The position numbers and the translations under genes were made by a program. 64,000 nucleotides of DNA, from the NCBI GenBank assembly GCA_963751595.1, contig CAVVVC010000004.1, positions 73,262 to 137,261 of the forward strand, given 5' to 3'. This DNA is from an uncultured Gammaproteobacteria bacterium (GTDB lineage Bacteria; Pseudomonadota; Gammaproteobacteria; Pseudomonadales; JAHEGP01). Positions within the stretch are counted from its first letter, which is position 1; each line of letters begins with the position of its first letter. Below, one piece after another: positions 59,701-64,000 of this stretch. The notes beneath the pieces are model-generated. The model had not been told where the DNA came from and ran no database searches. It was given only the letters and a program-made list of their open reading frames with translations.

Positions 59701-59780
59701 GCTTTGTGAATCTCAGTGACTTTTCATTGTTCAGAGCCAGGTTTGGAAGCGTTCCGGGACCGTCGGCAGGCAACCCGTAG
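56760..59780 (+). CDS. large multicopper oxidase with C-terminal TSP3/dockerin-like module
   Basis: 1006 aa with a Sec-type signal peptide. The four Cu-ligand motifs are HQHNGHN, LWFHDHM, HPVHIHFEEG and HCHNTTHEDKAMLL (CotA/bilirubin-oxidase-like HCHxxxHED..M). The last 123 aa (59409..59777) are the shared module. Confidence 0.9.
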   Translation: MKSRKTRSITKSVRTAKMAGLLGLAGLSQTATAAVNIPSDMPASPLFGAQSFAQQMLRFEEFEVRLMPAPGADQTRTFDPPNTCDGRPNPSAMESLLDAPLWPDPTIEANTSLPNPWAGAIDSCIPGVIPSGGAIEGRPPGVSFSHQRYDEFPPAVYAQSMMGAARAGTGRLDDAQSHGYAVGEFAPGGLYHNTTGAFGGTSNGTTAGIEIKFHPSMPAQDPNRLWTFGDGTLPPKLLRARYGQPILFRHYNALPINVGANDGFGEHTITTHQHNGHNPGEVDGFAGAYFFPGQFYDYRWPMVLAGYDSINADARDPRASTPCSAGEVLMIADPNTGTTKPKTCDPETLTVNIPGDWRETMSTLWFHDHMIDRTSENVYKGNAAMMNYYSGIDRGKEGFRCDYADTPEQDNVNLCFPSGTALDWGNRDYDIQLLIAAKAWNQSGQLDMALGLNEDGFLGDRMTVNWLYEPYLEVRPRRYRFRVLNGAVARFFKFAIVEQVQGGGGTFQGPPGSGVSYNRVPYFMVANDGNIMEYAVPFGPGNPNGVDPDLPIQSIAERFDIIIDFAGKAAGTKLYMVNTLGHDNGRGPKGVEPLANILNGTFSPEIQPGCNDNNCWSDDPTLRPFLEFRVGASNGEPDLSMDPNLYVATEFGGGGKTMIPLVQFTQAELDGAIHRTFDFTRGGNPGEATDGRQTPWGIVTDDEPETGACLDDPIANPGTCSRTADVNRVSAAPETIGGGVEIWHIRNGGGGWGHPVHIHFEEGQYLNRDGAIPPPWEVGARKDMYRVSGLDDPGSSSNISVAIRFREFAGTYVEHCHNTTHEDKAMLLRWDNEMPGQTVRIPTPLPTWDGVGYISALNPQPFTDATAVVELPTIKTGNVAMAAASDLDGDGILDSVDNCVIVPNPGQEDVLDIGGPDGVGDACDNCQLLANPDQLDTNADGFGNACDADLNGDGQVNLADFAEFRASFGTSGKDADLNGDGFVNLSDFSLFRARFGSVPGPSAGNP

Positions 59781-59907
59781 CGCCCCGCGGACCTGATGCA
59801 CTGGCGCGGTTTCATAGCCTGAAGCCGCGCCAATGTTAGTGGTGCTAGCTATTGGCTGTAAACCAGGTTGCTGGAACTAACCCGCTAAATGAAATTCAAG
59901 TAAGGGG

Positions 59908-60999
59908 TTGTATATGCATTGTTCTCGAAATACCGCCGGATTACCTCGAGCTGCTGCTGTCATCCTCCTGTTGATCGCTGCGATGTATCTCGCAACGGTC
60001 AATTTGGCCTGGGCGAAACCGGAGTTCCCCAACGTGGTGCTGATCAACCAGGACGGAGAGCCCCTGCGCTTTTACGATGACGTCATCAAGGGAAAGGTGG
60101 TGTCGATCAACTTCATGTTTACCAGTTGTGGCGATGCTTGCCCCCTGGAGACAGCCAAGTTGCGCACGGTGCAAAAGATGCTGGGGGAGCACTCCGGCAA
60201 AGACGTGTACATGTACTCCATCACTGTGGATCCCGATCGCGATACACCCGAGGTGCTCAAGGCCTATATGCAGAAATTCGACGTTGCCCCTGGCTGGCAG
60301 TTTCTCACGGGAGACAAGGAAGACATCGACCGGGTTCGGGACGCACTGGGCATGTTGAGTGAAAACGAGCAGGAGCTTAGCGACCATGTCATCAATTTTG
60401 TGCTGGGTAATGAGGAGACGGGGCAATGGTTTCGACGCACACCCTTCGATATACCCGAGGCACTGGTTTCGGTGTTACTTGGTCGCCTCCAGCAGCACCG
60501 CCTGACGGCTTCTTCTGCCGCCGTGTTCCCGAGTTACGCCGAGAGCAAGCCTCTGCCGGCTGCCAGCCCGGGTGAGGACCTCTACAACACGCGCTGCACC
60601 GCTTGCCACAGCATCGGCGGAGGCGACAAATTGGGGCCCGATCTGTTGGGTGTTGTTGCCCGGCGTGATCACCAGTGGCTGGTTCGCTGGTTGCAGGAAC
60701 CCGATGTCATGCTGGAGGAAAAAGATACCCTGGCGATGGAGCTATTCGCCCAGTACGGCAATGTGCCAATGCCTAATGTGCAACTCACTGAGCAACAGGC
60801 GCTTGACCTGATCCAGTACATGCAGACCGAAACCGAGAGGGTGGCCGCAGCCAACCGTGCCCGGGTTCCGGCAGACAGCCTTGATGGCATTGTAACGTCG
60901 CCCCGGGAGCAACCCGGCGCTCCACCAAGCTCCACCGCCGACGACGTAGTGCCGGATCAGGCGCGCCTGGAAACTTCACCGGCGGGAGACGCTCAATAG
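59908..60999 (+). CDS. SCO1/SenC-type copper chaperone fused to a c-type cytochrome domain
   Basis: 363 aa (TTG at 59908 or ATG at 59914) with an N-terminal anchor or signal. The thioredoxin-like domain has the CxxxC motif FMFTSCGDACPLE and a downstream His (SDHVINF). The C-terminal domain has CTACHSIGGGDKLGPDL and a distal Met (NVPMPNV). Confidence 0.8.
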   Translation: MYMHCSRNTAGLPRAAAVILLLIAAMYLATVNLAWAKPEFPNVVLINQDGEPLRFYDDVIKGKVVSINFMFTSCGDACPLETAKLRTVQKMLGEHSGKDVYMYSITVDPDRDTPEVLKAYMQKFDVAPGWQFLTGDKEDIDRVRDALGMLSENEQELSDHVINFVLGNEETGQWFRRTPFDIPEALVSVLLGRLQQHRLTASSAAVFPSYAESKPLPAASPGEDLYNTRCTACHSIGGGDKLGPDLLGVVARRDHQWLVRWLQEPDVMLEEKDTLAMELFAQYGNVPMPNVQLTEQQALDLIQYMQTETERVAAANRARVPADSLDGIVTSPREQPGAPPSSTADDVVPDQARLETSPAGDAQ

Positions 61000-61020
61000 G
61001 TCAGTACGGAGGGCAAAACC

Positions 61021-61797
61021 GTGCCAACGAATATCAAGAACAGGAAACTTGCTGCCGCGTTTTTTACCGTGTTGTGTCTTTTGCCCCGCACTTTGGCCCA
61101 GGCGGCCAATATCGACCAGCTTGACGATTTTGAGGACAATACCCTGCAGGGCTGGGCGATGGGAGTCCCTACAGTTACAGAGAACTTCATGAGCATCGTC
61201 GCCGATGGCGGGCCTGATGGCGTCGGCGATTCCTATCTTGCGGTACGGTCTGACAGCTCGATTATCCGAGGAGGTGGTCAGCGGTTGACATTTTTTAACC
61301 GACAGCAGTGGGCCGGAAATTACACCGCCGCGGGCATTACTGCGATCGCCATGGATCTGAAGAATTTCAGCACCGACCAGGTTCTTAATATGCGCCTCGC
61401 CGTCAATGGCGGCTTCGGCAGCGCCTCAACGGGTGGTGTAACCGGTGGCGTTTTTATCAGCAACTCCATCAGCAGATTGGAGGTTGGTAGCGGCTGGACC
61501 CGGGCGGTGTTTTCGTTATTGCCCGACGACCTGATAGCCATCAGCGGCGGCATTGGCGGCAACACCACCGGCAACGATGTGGCGGCAACCCTGGCAAACG
61601 TTCAGGAGCTGCGCCTGCTGAATAGCGAGACAGATAGCTGGAGCGGTCTTACCGTTACCGCCAGCGTTGGTGTCGACAACGTCCATGTAGTGCCATTGCC
61701 GCCGGCTTTTGCTATGTTCGGTTCGGCCTTGATGGCGCTCGTGGCGTTCCTGCTGGGGCGGAAAAACTGGTTTTTTGGAAGGAACAGCGGTGATTAG
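61021..61797 (+). CDS. PEP-CTERM sorting-domain protein
   Basis: 258 aa. The GTG start lies 21 nt after the SCO gene, behind the RBS ggaggg. Signal peptide ..LPRTLAQA. C-terminus VHVVPLPPAFAMFGSALMALVAFLLGRKN.... Confidence 0.75.
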   Translation: MPTNIKNRKLAAAFFTVLCLLPRTLAQAANIDQLDDFEDNTLQGWAMGVPTVTENFMSIVADGGPDGVGDSYLAVRSDSSIIRGGGQRLTFFNRQQWAGNYTAAGITAIAMDLKNFSTDQVLNMRLAVNGGFGSASTGGVTGGVFISNSISRLEVGSGWTRAVFSLLPDDLIAISGGIGGNTTGNDVAATLANVQELRLLNSETDSWSGLTVTASVGVDNVHVVPLPPAFAMFGSALMALVAFLLGRKNWFFGRNSGD

Positions 61798-61841
61798 ACC
61801 ACCCTGGTTCAGCAATTGGTCGCAAGAGGAAACAGCATAAA

Positions 61842-62261
61842 ATGAAGTGTCGCTCCGTAGTATTGGTTTCTCTGTTAGCACTGTCACCCGTTGTCTTCGC
61901 GCACGAAAATGCCAGCGCATCGAAGGCGGCAGTCAGCGCACAGCCGATGCAGCCGGCGAGTGAATCCGGTGCTGAAAAAGCTGTCTCGAACATGCCCAAA
62001 CCCAGTGAAGCCGAGGCGATAGAGGCCGCGGTAGCCTACCTGACCCGAGACGGAAGGTTGACCGTGGAGGAGACCGAGTTCCTCGCATGGGGCACCTACA
62101 GTGAACAATACGTTTACTGGCCGATGAAACTACGCATGCGTTATAAACGCGAGGGTGGAGAAAAGCTGAGGACGAACGACTACGCACTAAAAGTTTTCAA
62201 GGCAGCCAATGGTGATTGGCAAGCCGCACAATATTATGCCTGGCGTGCAGACTTCAAATAG
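61842..62261 (+). CDS. small secreted hypothetical protein
   Basis: 139 aa with a signal peptide MKCRSVVLVSLLALSPVVFA. No family recognised. Confidence 0.6.
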   Translation: MKCRSVVLVSLLALSPVVFAHENASASKAAVSAQPMQPASESGAEKAVSNMPKPSEAEAIEAAVAYLTRDGRLTVEETEFLAWGTYSEQYVYWPMKLRMRYKREGGEKLRTNDYALKVFKAANGDWQAAQYYAWRADFK

Positions 62262-62483
62262 CCTTCGGAGAAAGCCGAACAACCGGGTCGCGAACACGTC
62301 AGCGTGGGTAACAGGGCATTCACGTTGCCGCCGCCGATGCAGAGAACCTCAGGCTATACCTTCAAAGCCGCGGCGCGCGAGCCTCGGCCTTACTTCAGGG
62401 AAAGGATAATAAAGGGAAGGATAGGTGCAAGCGGTCGACAGGATCTTGTTTAATCCCTGTCGGGTCCGCAGCAGCCGGTAAGA

Positions 62484-62747
62484 TCAGGCCATCGCTTTAA
62501 CTTGCGCGTTCAATCGGCTCTTGTGCCGTGACGCCTTGTTTTTGTGCAAAATGCCCTTGTCGGCCATACGGTCGATAACCGGCACAGCCTCGGCATAGGC
62601 TTTCTGTGCTGCTGCCTTGTCGCCGCTGGCGGTGGCCGCATTCACTTTCTTGATGTAGGTACGCACCATGGAGCTCAAGCTCGCATTATGGCGGCGACGA
62701 GCTTCTGCCTGGCGTGCGCGCTTTTTTGCCTGGGGTGAGTTTGCCAC
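62484..62747 (-). CDS. rpsT: 30S ribosomal protein S20
   Basis: [35 protein letters not shown]...; 87 aa. Confidence 0.95.
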   Translation of the reverse strand: MANSPQAKKRARQAEARRRHNASLSSMVRTYIKKVNAATASGDKAAAQKAYAEAVPVIDRMADKGILHKNKASRHKSRLNAQVKAMA

Positions 62748-62779
62748 GGGTATTCCTCGGTCAATAAATTGGAGGGCGG

Positions 62780-62808
62780 ATTATTCCGATTTGCTCCCGG
62801 CTTGTCAA
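62780..62808 (-). promoter_or_regulatory. sigma-70-type promoter for rpsT
   Basis: The minus strand reads TTGACA (62808-62803), a 17-nt spacer, then AATAAT (62785-62780). The -10 element lies ~33 nt upstream of the rpsT ATG. Confidence 0.55.
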
Positions 62809-62999
62809 TATCCCTGGAAGATTCCCTGCAATGACGGCCCAGCGATCCTGCGCCGGGGTCGCGGCGCGAGGGCCGGCGAGCGCCGAAGGGGCCTTGGCTG
62901 CGCTGGAGCAAGCAGCGGCGTCATTTCAGTACGAGATCCATCAATCGGCCACACCAAACCCGGGGCGACGTCGCGAATGGGCCTAGTGTCCCGATGCGG

Positions 63000-63374
63000 C
63001 TATCCCCACCACCGCTGCCAGGCAATCATGCCCCACACCAGCAGTACCGTCATATTACTGATAAACACCAGCGCAGAGCCGAGGTCTTTTGCCTGTCCCG
63101 AAAGCGGGTGTTGTTCGGGGCTGATCCTGTCGACGATGGACTCGATTGCCGTGTTTATGAGTTCTGCGAACACCACCATGATGCAACTGAGCAGTAGCAG
63201 CAGGATCTCCACGGTGGTCTGGCCCAGCCAAAAGGCTGCAGGAAAAAGCACCAGGGCCAGCAGCATTTCCTGACGAAAAGCCTCTTCCTGTTGCCACGCG
63301 GCGCGAAAACCCTGAAAGGAGAATACCGTGGCGGCAATTAGCCGCTTTACCCCCCGGTTGCCGGGTTTGCTCAT
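63000..63374 (-). CDS. dgkA: diacylglycerol kinase
   Basis: ORF 63000..63443; the internal start MSKPGNRGVKRLI at 63374 is preferred. Blocks FRQEMLLALVL...VVFAELINTAIESIVDRISPEQHPLSGQAKDLGSALV match the DgkA pattern. Confidence 0.85.
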   Translation of the reverse strand: MSKPGNRGVKRLIAATVFSFQGFRAAWQQEEAFRQEMLLALVLFPAAFWLGQTTVEILLLLLSCIMVVFAELINTAIESIVDRISPEQHPLSGQAKDLGSALVFISNMTVLLVWGMIAWQRWWG

Positions 63375-63524
63375 GCAGGCTTTGTTGCCGGGCTTCTGAT
63401 CGCGGCCGTTGCCGCCGCCGGCTTGGGTGGGGGAGAAGTTCATAGGCTCAGTTCCGTCAATGCAGTTTGCGTGGGTTGGATGCGCAGTTTAGCCTGCGGC
63501 ACTGCCGGGCCGACAGGCATTTGC

Positions 63525-63863
63525 CTATTCTTTTTCGTTGCAGGCTTGCCTCGCCGCTGCGAGTTGCCGCGTGTGGCAACTGACCCGGGCGGTGTGGCTG
63601 ACACACCAATCCCGGCGATTGTCCCACGCGGTCAGGCTGCGAATCTGGCCGTTGGAACAGCGCACGGTGTAGATCGAGTATTGCTTACCCTCGCCGGAGT
63701 TGGCATCGCCCTCGAACTGTATTCGGGTTGGTGTCGCCGCGTACCCCGCCGGTGCCCAGGGCAAGAGCAGTGTGGCGGCCAGCCAGGGTAATGTCGCCCC
63801 AACAATCGAAAACCAGGGGCGCGATGGCACCCGGCTGTCCGCAGGGGCGCCGTGCCAGCGCAT
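63525..63863 (-). CDS. small secreted hypothetical protein
   Basis: ORF 63525..63887. The Met at 63863 avoids overlap with the upstream gene's stop. Signal-like LPWLAATLLLPWAPAGYAA. Cys-containing mature part. Confidence 0.45.
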   Translation of the reverse strand: MRWHGAPADSRVPSRPWFSIVGATLPWLAATLLLPWAPAGYAATPTRIQFEGDANSGEGKQYSIYTVRCSNGQIRSLTAWDNRRDWCVSHTARVSCHTRQLAAARQACNEKE

Positions 63864-63873
63864 TGCCCCCCGC

Positions 63874-64000
63874 CTAGTCGTTGGCAACGGTCGGGGGAAA
63901 GTTTTCGAACATCTTGGTCAGCGCCTTGCGCAGGTCCTGCTCTTTATCCGCCGGGCTGGAGGATTCTTCCAGCCGACTGTCGAGGGTGCCACGCCAAACC
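63874..64000 (-). CDS. C-terminal end of an unidentified protein (5' part beyond right edge)
   Basis: Own translation of the minus strand gives ..VWRGTLDSRLEESSSPADKEQDLRKALTKMFENFPPTVAND*, with the stop at 63874-63876. The frame is open to the window edge. Confidence 0.4.
   Translation of the reverse strand, partial: VWRGTLDSRLEESSSPADKEQDLRKALTKMFENFPPTVAND

Noticed and set aside
62434-62470. Hairpin cgacagg...cctgtcg downstream of rpsT as a terminator
   Set aside because: It has a 7-bp stem, a 13-nt loop and no U-tract on the rpsT strand, which is not convincing.

Overview
This is a 64-kb window from a Gram-negative chromosome. The ispB-rplU-rpmA-obg-proB ... rpsT-dgkA backbone suggests a gammaproteobacterium (inference). 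All family calls are by eye from motifs and translation; no database, HMM or alignment tool was run. The window falls into three blocks.

(1) Positions 1-34,063 hold the distal part of an exopolysaccharide / PEP-CTERM (exosortase-type) locus.
- Genes: a NodB-type deacetylase open at the left edge, GT4 and GT2 glycosyltransferases, an ArnT/PMT-like membrane transferase, a Wzy/O-antigen-ligase-like protein, two acyltransferase-3 genes, an ATP-grasp enzyme, an LMW phosphatase-like protein, a DegT-type aminotransferase and two secreted lyase-like paralogs.
- The block ends with the regulatory trio prsT-prsR-prsK.
- A sub-region at about 2.2-14.2 kb looks AT-richer and carries IS debris: two IS1380-family copies (one intact), a decayed IS4-family gene and an IS3 stub.
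- No exosortase gene is present in the window.

(2) Positions 34,091-41,701 hold a DUF1631-like protein, an FN3 lipoprotein, ispB, rplU, rpmA, obg and proB.

(3) Positions 41,814-62,261 are a roughly 20.6-kb insert between proB and rpsT.
- It holds three PEP-CTERM (VPLPA-type) proteins and two operons behind perfect sigma-54 promoters.
- The operons encode eight signal-peptide-bearing proteins: a di-haem CCP/MauG-type peroxidase, a 1006-aa multicopper oxidase, a SCO1-cytochrome c fusion, and two unknown families present as 2 and 3 tandem paralogs.
- Five of these proteins end in the same ~120-aa Asp-rich module (thrombospondin-type-3-like plus dockerin-like repeats).
- Both operons sit behind a duplicated ~1-kb regulatory module containing a 17-bp TGT-N11-ACA motif in three copies. 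Each module copy was hit by a different mobile element: a truncated group II intron in one and a 169-bp MITE-like palindrome in the other.

This tagged oxidoreductase cluster and its shared sigma-54 control region is the best candidate here for an undescribed system. Its novelty cannot be verified without database searches.
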